This document shows, one piece after another, positions 51,373 through 60,866 of a stretch of 64,000 bases of DNA; position 1 is the stretch's first letter; each line of letters opens with the position of its first letter. The notes beneath the pieces are model-generated. The model was not told where the DNA came from and made no database searches. It saw only the letters and a list, made by a program, of their open reading frames with translations. The position numbers and the translations under genes were made by a program. Origin of the DNA: an uncultured Coriobacteriaceae bacterium (GTDB lineage: Bacteria > Actinomycetota > Coriobacteriia > Anaerosomatales > CAZWGV01); the NCBI GenBank assembly GCA_964633595.1, contig CAZWGV010000002.1:211-64210 (forward strand), written 5' to 3'.

Positions 51373-52725
51373 ATGCACCTGACGCTGGTCGGGCTAAGCC
51401 ACAAGACAGCCCCGATCGAGATACGCGAGAAGCTGACCTTCCCCGCTCATCGGCAGGAGGAAGCTCTCGCGCTCCTCACGTCTTCGCCCCAGATCGCCGA
51501 GGCGGTCGTGCTCTCCACCTGCAACCGTACAGAGATCTATGCCGTCGCGTCGGTTGAGGGCGGCGCGGACGCGGTCGTCGACTTCATGGCCGACTACCAC
51601 GCGTTGGACCGTCATGAGCTGGTGCGCTACCTCTACTTCTCGGATGGCGAGGCGGTCGTCAAACATCTCTTCAGAGTGGTGGCGTCGCTTGACTCGATGG
51701 TCATCGGAGAAGCGCAGATCCTCGGCCAGGTCAAAGAGGCCTATGAGCACGCGTTCGACAACGGTGCCTGCTCTCGGGTGTTCAACAAGCTCTTCCGCCA
51801 GTCGTTCGAGGTGGGAAAGCGGGTGCGCACCGAGACTGACATAGGCGAGAGCGCCGTATCCATCAGCTACGCCGCGGTGGAGCTCGCCAAGAAGGTCTTC
51901 GAAACGCTGGAGGGGCGGGCCGTCCTCATCGTCGGAGCGGGCAAGATGAGCGAACTGACGGCGAAGCACCTCAAGAGCAACGGAGTCGAGTCTTTCCTGG
52001 TGGCCAACCGCACCTACGAGCGAGCTGTGGAGATGGCGGCGTCCTTCGACGGCGAAGCCATACGCTACGAGGACCTCTTCGAGCGTCTTCGCGACGTGGA
52101 CATCGTGATATCCTCCACCGCCTCGCCCGAGTACGTGATCAGGAAGGACCGCCTGGCCGAGTCGATGCGGGGGCGTCGAGGTCGGCCGCTCTTCCTCATC
52201 GACATCGCTGTCCCGCGTGACATCGAGCCGGACGTCAACGAGATATCCGAGGTCTTCCTCTACGACATCGATGACCTGAGCGGTGTTGTCGAGGCGAATC
52301 TCGAGGAGCGCATGCGGGAGGCTCGCAGGGCCGAGGGGATCATCGACGAGGAGATGTCGGTCTTCGAGCGCTGGCTCGAGTCGATGGAGGTCGTTCCCAC
52401 GATCGCGGCCATGCGCGCTCAGGCCGAGCAGATCCGGCAGGCCGAGATGGAGAAGGCGCTGAGGCGTCTGGGCGGCCTCTCGGAGAAGGAAATGAAGACG
52501 ATCGAGGCTCTGACAGGCGCGATCGTGAACAAGATGCTGCACGCTCCAACGAGTAGGCTCAGGGATGCGTCGACGGAGAAGGACGGGTACGAGTACGTGG
52601 AGGCCGCGCGCTTCTTGTACGGACTAGAGGAAGGCGGCGAACGACACCGCCACGGACTGCTGCGCAACCTGCTGGGGCGCGGTGAGAAGAGCCACAAGCG
52701 CGAGACAGGAGATCAGCTTGGCTGA
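51373..52725 (+). CDS. hemA: glutamyl-tRNA reductase
   Basis: Motifs LVGLSHKTAPIEIREKL, STCNRTEIY, GEAQILGQVK and VGAGKM. Confidence 0.95.
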   Translation: MHLTLVGLSHKTAPIEIREKLTFPAHRQEEALALLTSSPQIAEAVVLSTCNRTEIYAVASVEGGADAVVDFMADYHALDRHELVRYLYFSDGEAVVKHLFRVVASLDSMVIGEAQILGQVKEAYEHAFDNGACSRVFNKLFRQSFEVGKRVRTETDIGESAVSISYAAVELAKKVFETLEGRAVLIVGAGKMSELTAKHLKSNGVESFLVANRTYERAVEMAASFDGEAIRYEDLFERLRDVDIVISSTASPEYVIRKDRLAESMRGRRGRPLFLIDIAVPRDIEPDVNEISEVFLYDIDDLSGVVEANLEERMREARRAEGIIDEEMSVFERWLESMEVVPTIAAMRAQAEQIRQAEMEKALRRLGGLSEKEMKTIEALTGAIVNKMLHAPTSRLRDASTEKDGYEYVEAARFLYGLEEGGERHRHGLLRNLLGRGEKSHKRETGDQLG

Positions 52726-53692
52726 GCAACGCACCCAGCTGGTGATCGGTACCCGGGGCAGCAAGCTGGCCCTATGGCAGTCCAACTACATCAAGGATCG
52801 CCTTGAGGAGATCACCGGGCTTTCGGTGAGCCTTTGCGTCATCAAGACGACCGGGGACAAGATTCTGGATGTGCCCCTGGCAAAGGTGGGAGGAAAGGGA
52901 TTGTTCACCAAAGAGATCGAGGTGGAGCTCTCGGCGGGCAACGTGGACCTCGCCGTCCACTCGATGAAGGACGTCCCGACGGAGCTGCCAGAGGGTCTGG
53001 TGATCGGGGCCACGCCTACGCGGGTCGACTCGCGCGACGCCATCGTGAGCGGCAGAGGGTGGGATCTTGGCGCCTTGCCCCAGGGGGCTCGGCTCGGTAC
53101 GAGCTCGCTCAGGCGGCGCAGCCAGGTGATGGCCGCTCGGCCGGACCTGGAGATCGTGGACGTTCGCGGGAACCTCGACACGCGGATGCGCAAAGCCGAG
53201 GAAGGTGAGCTCGACGGTGTTATCCTCGCTGCCGCTGGCATTACCCGCATGGGCTGGCAGGAGCGCATCACCCACTACATCGACACTGACACGATGGTCT
53301 CGGCAGTCGGGCAGGGGGCTATCGGCATCGAGATACGCGAGGAAGACCCCTTCATGACCGAGGTCTGCGAGAAGATCTCGGATCCGGAGACCATGGCGTG
53401 TGTGACGGCCGAAAGAGTCGTTATGAGGCGGCTGGAGGGCGGCTGTCAGGTGCCGATCGGAGCGTATGCGCGAGTCGACGGGGACGCGATGGTGATGGAT
53501 GCCTTCGTGGGTTCGGTGGATGGCACGAAGACCGTCCGCGACCGCCTCGAGGGTTCGGCGGCCGAGCCGTTGGCTCTCGGCGATGAGATGGTCCGTCGCC
53601 TGCTCGCCCTGGGCGCGGGGGAGATCCTCGAGGAGATCCGGGGGGCCGCGGATGAGGTGGGGGGAAGAGTCGACCGTTTGCTCGAGACGTAG
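52718..53692 (+). CDS. hemC: hydroxymethylbilane synthase (porphobilinogen deaminase)
   Basis: Motifs IGTRGSKLALWQS, GGKGLFTKEIE, SSLRR and LEGGCQVPIG. TTG 52718 is preceded by CAGGAG; the alternative start is GTG 52682. Confidence 0.93.
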   Translation: MAEQRTQLVIGTRGSKLALWQSNYIKDRLEEITGLSVSLCVIKTTGDKILDVPLAKVGGKGLFTKEIEVELSAGNVDLAVHSMKDVPTELPEGLVIGATPTRVDSRDAIVSGRGWDLGALPQGARLGTSSLRRRSQVMAARPDLEIVDVRGNLDTRMRKAEEGELDGVILAAAGITRMGWQERITHYIDTDTMVSAVGQGAIGIEIREEDPFMTEVCEKISDPETMACVTAERVVMRRLEGGCQVPIGAYARVDGDAMVMDAFVGSVDGTKTVRDRLEGSAAEPLALGDEMVRRLLALGAGEILEEIRGAADEVGGRVDRLLET

Positions 53693-53704
53693 GGGGAGAC
53701 CGGC

Positions 53705-54511
53705 ATGGCACAGCCGGTGAGCGACGGGCCGCTATCGGGCAAGACCGTGGTAGTCACAAGGTCGCGCGCGCAGGCTGCCGAGCTGACGATGCAGCTTGGC
53801 GCCCTGGGCGCCGAGGTCTTGGAGTTCCCGGTTATCGACACTGTCGAGCCCGAAAGCTGGGAGCCGGCCGACTCGGCCATCCGGAACCTGGAGACCTACA
53901 ACTGGGTCGTCTTCACCTCAGCCAACGCCGTGAACGCCTTCTTCGACCGGATGGCGACGCAGGACATGGACGCCCGCCAGCTCGCGGGCTGCCGCGTCGC
54001 GGCTGTCGGACCAGCCACCGCCACACGGTGCGAGGAGAGGGGAGTCCGCCCTGACTTCGTGCCCGAAGAGCATCGGGCAGAGGGGGTCTTGGACGGGCTG
54101 TGCCGTCGCGGTGTGGGTAGCGGGAGCCGCGTGCTCATCCCCCGCGCACTGGAGGCCCGGGAGGTGCTGCCGGATACGCTGCGCGAGCAGGGTGCGCACG
54201 TGGATGTGGTACCCGTGTACAGGACCGTACCCGCGCCCGGGGCGCCCGGCGTGCTCGAGCGCATGGCCGAGGGGCAGGTGGACGCCGTGACGTTCACGTC
54301 CTCGTCCACCGTGCGCCACTTTCTGCGGTTGCTCAAGGGCAGCGCGGCGACCCTGGAGCAGGTGATCGCCGTCTCGATAGGACCCGTGACCTCCGAGACG
54401 GCTCGCCGCAGCGGTCTTGCGGTCGCAGCCGAGGCCACACACTCCACGGTGGCGGGCTTGGTTCAGGCGATCGTGGATCTCTCCTCCCCGCAGGCGGGAC
54501 ATCACGAATGA
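53705..54511 (+). CDS. hemD: uroporphyrinogen-III synthase
   Basis: The ~265-aa size, VVVTRSRAQAAEL, WVVFTSANAV and FTSSSTV (two HEM4 half-domains), and the position after hemC. Confidence 0.85.
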   Translation: MAQPVSDGPLSGKTVVVTRSRAQAAELTMQLGALGAEVLEFPVIDTVEPESWEPADSAIRNLETYNWVVFTSANAVNAFFDRMATQDMDARQLAGCRVAAVGPATATRCEERGVRPDFVPEEHRAEGVLDGLCRRGVGSGSRVLIPRALEAREVLPDTLREQGAHVDVVPVYRTVPAPGAPGVLERMAEGQVDAVTFTSSSTVRHFLRLLKGSAATLEQVIAVSIGPVTSETARRSGLAVAAEATHSTVAGLVQAIVDLSSPQAGHHE

Positions 54512-54633
54512 GTTCGAAGGCCGCCATGATCGCGGATTCCGCCTGGGTGAAGAGCGCTTCGAGCGCCGTTGACAAACCAACATGCGCTGGGCATTGTATT
54601 GTGGCCGTTGCCCCCCAGGGGCGCGGTTCGGAC

Positions 54634-54709
54634 GGGGATGTAGCTCAGCTGGGAGAGCGCTACCTTCGCACGGTAGAGGCCGGCGGTTCGAATCCGCTCA
54701 TCTCCACCA
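54634..54709 (+). tRNA. tRNA-Ala (anticodon CGC)
   Basis: A 76-nt cloverleaf folded by hand: acceptor stem GGGGATG/CATCTCC with G3:U70, D arm GCTC-AGCTGGGA-GAGC, anticodon arm CTACC-TTCGCAC-GGTAG, T arm GGCGG-TTCGAAT-CCGCT, and an encoded CCA. Confidence 0.92.
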
Positions 54710-54722
54710 TCGGGTACCATGT

Positions 54723-54750
54723 CGAGGCGACCTCTTCGCGGGTCGCCTCG
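54723..54750 (+). terminator. 10-bp hairpin downstream of tRNA-Ala
   Basis: CGAGGCGACC (54723-54732), an 8-nt loop, then GGTCGCCTCG (54741-54750). No U-tract. Confidence 0.35.
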
Positions 54751-54837
54751 GCCGCATGTGCATGACGGCAGATGTGTCGGGAGCCGGCGGTTGCGTCGAG
54801 GCGTGACATCGGCATACGACTCATAAGGAGGCTTCGG

Positions 54838-55068
54838 ATGGCAGGTGGCGTAGCTCCTGAAGGTATCACCGCGTGGGTAGCTCAGCACGGCCAGGTCCTA
54901 TTCTTTTTCGCCCAGATCGCGTTCTGGCTCCTGCTCGTAGGGGTACTCGCGTGGGCGACCTGGATCTTCAAGCGGTATGTGGACTTCGCTACAGGTGCGG
55001 TCGGCGAAGAAGAGGGCGGGGAGTCCTCCGATGACGAGGCTGTCTCCATCGAGGAGTTCGTCGAGTGA
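54838..55068 (+). CDS. small membrane protein with acidic C-terminal tail (hypothetical)
   Basis: ATG 54838 is preceded by TAAGGAGG. One or two TM helices (VLFFFAQIAFWLLLVGVLAWATWIF), then EEEGGESSDDEAVSIEEFVE. Confidence 0.55.
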   Translation: MAGGVAPEGITAWVAQHGQVLFFFAQIAFWLLLVGVLAWATWIFKRYVDFATGAVGEEEGGESSDDEAVSIEEFVE

Positions 55069-55133
55069 CTCACGTTCTGCCCGATCCCCTCGCGCGGGTT
55101 CGCGCCGAGTCCGGGAAGTGAACGGAGGGCGCC

Positions 55134-56114
55134 ATGGAGTTCCCCATCCACAGACCGCGTAGGCTCAGGCGCAGCGAGCTGTTGCGCTCGATGGTGCGCG
55201 AGACCACTCTCGATGCGGGTGACCTGATCTACCCGCTCTTCGTGAAGCCCGGGCAGGGAGCACGCGATGAGGTTGCGTCGATGCCGGGCGTCTTTCAGCT
55301 TTCCCTCGACGAACTGCCTGCGGAGATCGATGAGCTCGGCGAGCTGGGTGTACCCGCGGTGATCCTGTTCGGCCTGCCGGAGTCCAAGGATGAGGTAGGC
55401 AGCGGTGCCTATGCCGAGCAGGGCATCGTGCAAGAGGCGATCCGGGCCATCAAGTCCCACTCTCCCGAGTTCCACGTGATCACGGACGTGTGCATGTGCG
55501 AGTACACCTCCCACGGACACTGCGGCGCTCTCGACTCCGAGGGTCATGTCATGAACGACGTCACGCTGGAGCTGCTCGCGCAGACCGCGGTGAGTCACGC
55601 GGAGGCGGGCACCGACATGGTGGCGCCTTCCGACATGATGGATGGCCGAGTAGCGGCCATACGCTCGGCTCTCGACGCCGAGGGCTACACTCGCGTGCCG
55701 ATCATGAGCTACGCGGCGAAGTACGCCTCGGCCTACTACGGACCCTTCAGGGACGCGGCGGACTCGACACCGTCTTTCGGGGATCGCCGCGCGTATCAGA
55801 TGGATCCCGCCAACAGCGACGAGGCGCTGCGCGAGGTGGCGCTGGATATCGACGAGGGCGCTGACATCGTCATGGTCAAGCCCGCGCTCGCCTACATGGA
55901 CATCATCCGCCGAGTGAAGGATGAGTTCGGCTATCCCACGGCCGCCTACAACGTCTCTGGTGAGTACGCAATGGTCAAGGCAGCGGCCGCCAACGGCTGG
56001 CTCGACGAGGAGCGCGTGGTGCTGGAGACGCTGACGGCCATGAAGCGGGCGGGCGCCGACCTCATACTCACCTACCACGCAAAGGACGCGGCCCGCTGGC
56101 TGGCCGGGCGCTAG
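55134..56114 (+). CDS. hemB: porphobilinogen synthase (Zn-type)
   Basis: Motifs HRPRRLRR, the Cys-rich Zn site [24 protein letters not shown] and [11 protein letters not shown]. Confidence 0.95.
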   Translation: MEFPIHRPRRLRRSELLRSMVRETTLDAGDLIYPLFVKPGQGARDEVASMPGVFQLSLDELPAEIDELGELGVPAVILFGLPESKDEVGSGAYAEQGIVQEAIRAIKSHSPEFHVITDVCMCEYTSHGHCGALDSEGHVMNDVTLELLAQTAVSHAEAGTDMVAPSDMMDGRVAAIRSALDAEGYTRVPIMSYAAKYASAYYGPFRDAADSTPSFGDRRAYQMDPANSDEALREVALDIDEGADIVMVKPALAYMDIIRRVKDEFGYPTAAYNVSGEYAMVKAAAANGWLDEERVVLETLTAMKRAGADLILTYHAKDAARWLAGR

Positions 56115-56201
56115 CCGACGGCTTCGATCCCGGCACGCGAGTAGCTCCTCGTTGCCCCGCCCGCAAGGCGCGGCACCACGGCTTCGTCCGGAGGAACACC
56201 G

Positions 56202-57701
56202 ATGGCTGACAACGTAGGGAACGCGGACGCACGACCGGACCTCGAGCTCGAGGAGGAGCTCACAGAGGGGTCGGCCGAGGGAGACGGCACTATTACCGAG
56301 CAGGAGATGGCCGAGGCCGAGGCTGGGTGCGGCGAGGCAGCGATCGGGATCCCGATGGGCGGTGCAGGACATCCCTCCTCGCTGGTTCTCGGCGCAGAGG
56401 GCGCGCCTGCCCAGGCTTCGTCTGGAAGCCCCGCACCGCCAACAGGGCACCCCGGTGGGCATCCTGCAGGGCACCCTGGCGGGCATCCTGCGGGCCACCC
56501 CGCAGAGCACCCGGGCGGGCACCCGGCGGGCGTCGAGCGGCAGCGCCATGGTGGCGCGAGGTCGGTAGGCTTCCGGCCGGGGGGCGGCCCAGCGGCTCAG
56601 GCCTACCAGGAGCGCACCGGGATCAAGGCCCCGCGCATCATAGCCTGGGAGATAACCCGCAGCTGCAACCTGAGCTGCGCTCACTGCCGAGCTGCTGCGG
56701 AGTTTGGCCACTACCCGGGCGAGCTGTCGCTCGAACAGATCAAGTCTGTCATCGACGACGTCGTCACGATCTCCAACCCGATCTTCATCGTCACCGGCGG
56801 AGAGCCGCTGATGCGTCCCGACATCTGGGACATCGTCGACTACATGCACGAGAAGGGCGCGATGCCGGTGATCGGCACCAACGCGACTATGGTCACCGAC
56901 GAGATCGCCGCCAAGATGGCCGAGCACCGCATCCCCCGGATATCGGTGTCCATCGACTTCCCAACCGCCGAGGAGCACGACGGCTTCCGCGGGCAGCCTG
57001 GGTGCTTCGAGGAGTCCATCGAGGGCATCAAGGCCGCGAAACGGCACGGTGTGGGCGTGCAGGTGAACATGACCGTCACCACGCTCAACGCCGACCGGGT
57101 GGAGGCGGTGCACGACCTGTCGGAGGAGCTCGGCGTGGACGCCTTCCACATCTTCATGCTCGTGCCCACCGGTCGCGGCTCTGACCTGCTGGACAAGGAG
57201 CTCCCGCCGGAGGACTACGAACGTGTGCTGGAGTGGGCGTACGAGCGTCAGAAGACCTCGCCGCTGCACTTCAAGCCCACGGACGCTCCGCACTACTACC
57301 GCATCATTCGTCAGAAGGCCAAGGCCGAGGGCAAGAAGGTCACGCGTGAGGAGTACGGGCTCGACGCGATGACCAGGGGTTGCCTGGGAGGCATCACCTT
57401 CTGCTTCATCAGTCACGTCGGCGATGTGCAGCCGTGCGGCTACTTCGACATGCAGCTTGGCAATGTCAAGGAGCAGCCGTTCTCCCAGATCTGGACCGAG
57501 TCCAGGGTCTTCAACGACCTCCGCGACTACTCGCTGCTCAAAGGCAAGTGCGGCGCGTGCGAGTACCGCGCGGTATGCGGCGGGTGCCGAGCAAGAGCAC
57601 TGGAGATCACCGGGGACTACCTCGCTGAGGAGCCCTACTGCATCTACGTGCCGCCCGGGTGGACGGGCGAGTGCGAGTCTGAAGAGGCGCCGAAGGCCTG
57701 A
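56202..57701 (+). CDS. radical SAM/SPASM enzyme of the AhbC/AhbD/NirJ family with ~130-aa N-terminal His-Pro-Gly repeat extension
   Basis: Cx3Cx2C motif RSCNLSCAHC, plus HIFMLVPTGRG, KPTDAPHYYR and GCLGGITFCFISHVGDVQPCGY. SPASM motif KGKCGACEYRAVCGGCRARA. ATG 56202 is preceded by GGAGGA. Confidence 0.85.
   Translation: MADNVGNADARPDLELEEELTEGSAEGDGTITEQEMAEAEAGCGEAAIGIPMGGAGHPSSLVLGAEGAPAQASSGSPAPPTGHPGGHPAGHPGGHPAGHPAEHPGGHPAGVERQRHGGARSVGFRPGGGPAAQAYQERTGIKAPRIIAWEITRSCNLSCAHCRAAAEFGHYPGELSLEQIKSVIDDVVTISNPIFIVTGGEPLMRPDIWDIVDYMHEKGAMPVIGTNATMVTDEIAAKMAEHRIPRISVSIDFPTAEEHDGFRGQPGCFEESIEGIKAAKRHGVGVQVNMTVTTLNADRVEAVHDLSEELGVDAFHIFMLVPTGRGSDLLDKELPPEDYERVLEWAYERQKTSPLHFKPTDAPHYYRIIRQKAKAEGKKVTREEYGLDAMTRGCLGGITFCFISHVGDVQPCGYFDMQLGNVKEQPFSQIWTESRVFNDLRDYSLLKGKCGACEYRAVCGGCRARALEITGDYLAEEPYCIYVPPGWTGECESEEAPKA
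56445..56531 (+). repeat. in-frame 12/24-nt repeats encoding (GHPxG)n
   Basis: The region encodes GHPGGHPAGHPGGHPAGHPAEHPGGHPAG. The DNA unit GGGCACCCyGGyGGGCATCCTGCr is repeated. Confidence 0.85.
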
Positions 57702-57702
57702 C

Positions 57703-59721
57703 GTGGGAAAGCGGCGCTCGAAGCAGGGCATTCACGCTTCGCGGTCCGCCGAGCCGTCACGCGCAGCCGGAGCGTCGGCGATCCCTGGTCCGGCAGCGAT
57801 CGCGGTGGGCTTCACCGCGCTGGCCACATTCGCGCCAAAGCTGCCGTTCACGACTCCGTACTCGCCGCGGCTGGCTGCGCTGCTCCTCTCCGCTGTGGTC
57901 TGGTGCTGGGCCTGGTCGCGAGGCTCGCTCGAGCGGCGGTCCGAGACCCGGCGTCTGGATCTCGCTCTGCTCGCGGTGGTCGGCGTCGCGTTGCTCGCCG
58001 CACTTCTCGCGCCCACCCCGTTCACTCTCCTCACCTATGGCGCCGAGGGAGGGCTGCTCGGGCTTCCCGCATGGTTGGCGATGGCCGGAGTGTTCGTGCT
58101 CGCGTCTCGCGTGGTGACGGAGGAGGAGATCCGTGCCGCACTGCGACTCGCTCTGATCTGGGGTGTTGCCGTGGCAGCGGCGGTCATCTATCAGATGGCG
58201 AGCGGACGGATGGTGAGCGCCGGGTTCGGCAACTCCAACTTCGTGGGCGCGATGTTGCTGCTGGTGGCGCCCCTGGCGCTGGAGGGGGCGACATCCACTA
58301 CCGAGCGGGGCTGGAAGCGAGCGTACGTGGGCTCGGCGCTACTTATCTGGGTCGCAGCCGCCGTTGCTGGGAGCACGGCGGTTCAGATCGCGCTGGCTGT
58401 GCAGGTGCTCGCGGTGGTGGCGCTGGCACCCCGCCTCCTTGGCGACGTGGTCGTTCGTTGGAGGACGCTCATCGCGATGCTGCTTGCCGGCCTGCTCCTC
58501 TTCGGGGCACTGACCTCGGTGTTGAGTGTGACCACGGAAGTTCTGCCTGAAGGGCTGGACGCACCGTTGGAGGAGGCGCTCACGGGTGCCACAGTGATCA
58601 CTCGCATCGAGATGTGGAAGGTCGCCGTGGGAGTATGGCGCGACTCGCCCGTCTTCGGTGCCGGCCCCGACGGCTTCCAGCTGGCCTCGCAGAGGAGACT
58701 GACGAAACGATTGCTGGAGGTCGAGTCGGGAGCGACCTCGGGCCACCGGGCTCTCGTGCGCGATCCGCACAGCTTTCCTCTGCTGGCGCTGGGGAGCCTG
58801 GGCGCGCTCGGGTTGGCGCTCCTGCTGTGGCTGTTCGCCGAGTGGCTGCTCGCACTCCGCCTCCGGTGGCGCGAGCGGAGGCGAGACGATCACCTGCCCT
58901 TTGCGCTCGCGATAGGCGCAGGGACCTTCCTGCTGTGCACTCTCCTGATGCCCTGGCACATCGTGTTCGCCGCCATGCCTGCGCTCGTCGCGGGACTCGC
59001 GCTCGCCAGAGCGCCGGTGGGGAAGAAGGGACGCTCCGATCGTGCGGAGCCAGGTCCAGAGGACGGTGCCATGCCCCATCCGATCCCCCGCGCTCTCCTG
59101 GTGGTGGCAACTGCTCTCGTTGCCGTCACTCTCTCGGCCGGAGCGATCGCGAGCGACGCTTTCGCGACCCGCGCGCTCAATACCCGCTCCGCGAGCGCGG
59201 CCTCAGCGGCCTGGGCCGAGGCGTCGCGCGCGCAGCCGTGGAGGCCATACACACGCTTCGAGTGGCTGTACTCGCTCGGCCGGCTGACCGGTGAGGGCAG
59301 CATGACTGCTGACGACTATCGGTCCAAGGTGGCCCTAGCACCGGTTGAGATCTCTCGCGACGGCGGCTATCTTGCGCTGCTCGCCCAGCCTTCCCTGGAT
59401 GAGGCCATGATGACCGGGCGAGAGGACCTGAGCTGGGAGAGGGAGACCATCTCCCGGGCCGCCTCTCTCGCCCCGAACCATCCCGACACGGTACTCGAGC
59501 GAGCACACCTCGCACTCGCCCAGCGGGACACCGCCACCGCCGAGCAGTGGCTCAAGATCGCCGACGGGTACGCTGCCGAGACTGACCGTTATCTGCTCTA
59601 TCGGTATCAGGCTGCAGTGTTCTCCGAGGATGCCTCTGCGGCGACCGTCTGGGGAGAGCGTGTTCGCAACGAGGCTCCGTGGCTTACCATGCTCATGGTC
59701 CTTCCAGAAGGAGGCAGATGA
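57703..59721 (+). CDS. O-antigen ligase/polymerase-like (Wzy_C) polytopic membrane protein with C-terminal helical-repeat domain
   Basis: GTG 57703 lies 1 nt after the radical SAM stop. There are ~12 TM segments and a loop reading RIEMWKVAVGVWRDSPVFGAGPDGFQL, typical of the O-antigen ligase family. The C-terminal ~200 aa look TPR-like. Confidence 0.7.
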   Translation: MGKRRSKQGIHASRSAEPSRAAGASAIPGPAAIAVGFTALATFAPKLPFTTPYSPRLAALLLSAVVWCWAWSRGSLERRSETRRLDLALLAVVGVALLAALLAPTPFTLLTYGAEGGLLGLPAWLAMAGVFVLASRVVTEEEIRAALRLALIWGVAVAAAVIYQMASGRMVSAGFGNSNFVGAMLLLVAPLALEGATSTTERGWKRAYVGSALLIWVAAAVAGSTAVQIALAVQVLAVVALAPRLLGDVVVRWRTLIAMLLAGLLLFGALTSVLSVTTEVLPEGLDAPLEEALTGATVITRIEMWKVAVGVWRDSPVFGAGPDGFQLASQRRLTKRLLEVESGATSGHRALVRDPHSFPLLALGSLGALGLALLLWLFAEWLLALRLRWRERRRDDHLPFALAIGAGTFLLCTLLMPWHIVFAAMPALVAGLALARAPVGKKGRSDRAEPGPEDGAMPHPIPRALLVVATALVAVTLSAGAIASDAFATRALNTRSASAASAAWAEASRAQPWRPYTRFEWLYSLGRLTGEGSMTADDYRSKVALAPVEISRDGGYLALLAQPSLDEAMMTGREDLSWERETISRAASLAPNHPDTVLERAHLALAQRDTATAEQWLKIADGYAAETDRYLLYRYQAAVFSEDASAATVWGERVRNEAPWLTMLMVLPEGGR

Positions 59722-60866
59722 GCGCCAGTGTGCTAGTAGCGTTCGGAACCCGGCCCGAGGCCATCAAGATGGCACCGGTCGTGGATGCCCTGCGCGCGCG
59801 CCCGGACGACTTCCAGCCGATCGTCGCGGTGACGGGACAGCACCGCGAAATGCTGGACCAGGTGCTGGAGCTGTTCGACATAGAGCCCGCCTACGACCTG
59901 GAGGTCATGACGCCCGGGCAGTCGCTGGCCGAGCTGACATCGCGCGTCGTCGATGGATTCGATCGGATACTGGAGGATGCGCAGCCAGACGCTGTTCTTG
60001 TCCAGGGTGACACGACCACGACCTTCGTCGCGGCCCTGGCGTCCTTCTACCGCTCGATACCCGTGGGTCACGTCGAGGCGGGCCTTAGGACTGGCGATCG
60101 CCGCCACCCGTTCCCGGAGGAGATCAACCGACGGCTGACAACGGTGCTCGCGGAGTGGCACTTCGCGCCCACCGAGGTATCGAAAGCCAACCTGCTCTCG
60201 GAGGGCATAGCCGCCGAGAGCATCCTCGTCAGCGGCAACACTGTGATCGACGCGCTCCTCGCTGTGGCTGGGAGACCCTTCACTCCGCCTCCCGGCCCAG
60301 TGGCCGATGCGCTTACTTCCGGCGGAAGTCTCGTCCTGATGACCATGCATAGGCGGGAGAGCTGGGGAGCGCCCCTTCGGGAGGCTTGCGACGCGGCACG
60401 CGAGCTGACGGACCGGTTCGATGACGTCAGGGTCCTGTTCTGCGTCCACCTCAATCCCGAGGTGCAGAGGGCCGCCGCCGAGCGTCTCGGCGATGCAGAT
60501 CGTGTCCATCTGGTCGGTCCCCAGGACTACCGAACGTTCGTTGCGCTCATGCAGGCTTCCACCCTGATCCTCTCGGACTCAGGGGGAGTTCAGGAAGAAG
60601 CCCCCTCTCTGGGCAAGCCGGTTCTGGTCCTGCGCGATGTTACCGAGCGTCCTGAGGCGCTGGAGGCCGGCACGGTAAGGTTGGTAGGACGCGATCGGGA
60701 GCGCATTGTGGCCGAGGCGTCGACGCTTCTCACCGACAGAGCGGCGTACGATACGATGGCTCGGGCGAGCAACCCGTTCGGCGACGGTGTGGCCGGCAAG
60801 CGCATAGCCGCTTTCCTGGCCGACCGGTTGGGTACGTGCCTTGAGAGAGGAGGGGACGATGTCTGA
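59718..60866 (+). CDS. wecB: UDP-N-acetylglucosamine 2-epimerase (non-hydrolysing)
   Basis: Motifs VLVAFGTRPEAIKMAPV, VQGDTTT, HVEAGLRT, HRRESWG and DSGGVQEEAPSLGKPVLVLRDVTERPE. ATGA overlap with the upstream gene. Confidence 0.94.
   Translation: MSASVLVAFGTRPEAIKMAPVVDALRARPDDFQPIVAVTGQHREMLDQVLELFDIEPAYDLEVMTPGQSLAELTSRVVDGFDRILEDAQPDAVLVQGDTTTTFVAALASFYRSIPVGHVEAGLRTGDRRHPFPEEINRRLTTVLAEWHFAPTEVSKANLLSEGIAAESILVSGNTVIDALLAVAGRPFTPPPGPVADALTSGGSLVLMTMHRRESWGAPLREACDAARELTDRFDDVRVLFCVHLNPEVQRAAAERLGDADRVHLVGPQDYRTFVALMQASTLILSDSGGVQEEAPSLGKPVLVLRDVTERPEALEAGTVRLVGRDRERIVAEASTLLTDRAAYDTMARASNPFGDGVAGKRIAAFLADRLGTCLERGGDDV

Noticed and set aside
54634-55068. tRNA-Ala as the attachment site or boundary of a genomic island.
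   Set aside because: The flanking genes (hemD, hemB) belong to the same pathway. No integrase is present, and I noticed no second copy of the tRNA 3' end in the window.
54882-57731. A 949-aa ORF on the - strand, the longest ORF in this part of the window.
   Set aside because: It lies exactly antisense to hemB and the radical SAM gene, both of which have unambiguous catalytic motifs. Its translation is Arg/Gly/Ala/Pro-rich with no recognisable motif. This is the typical stop-codon-poor antisense frame of high-GC DNA.
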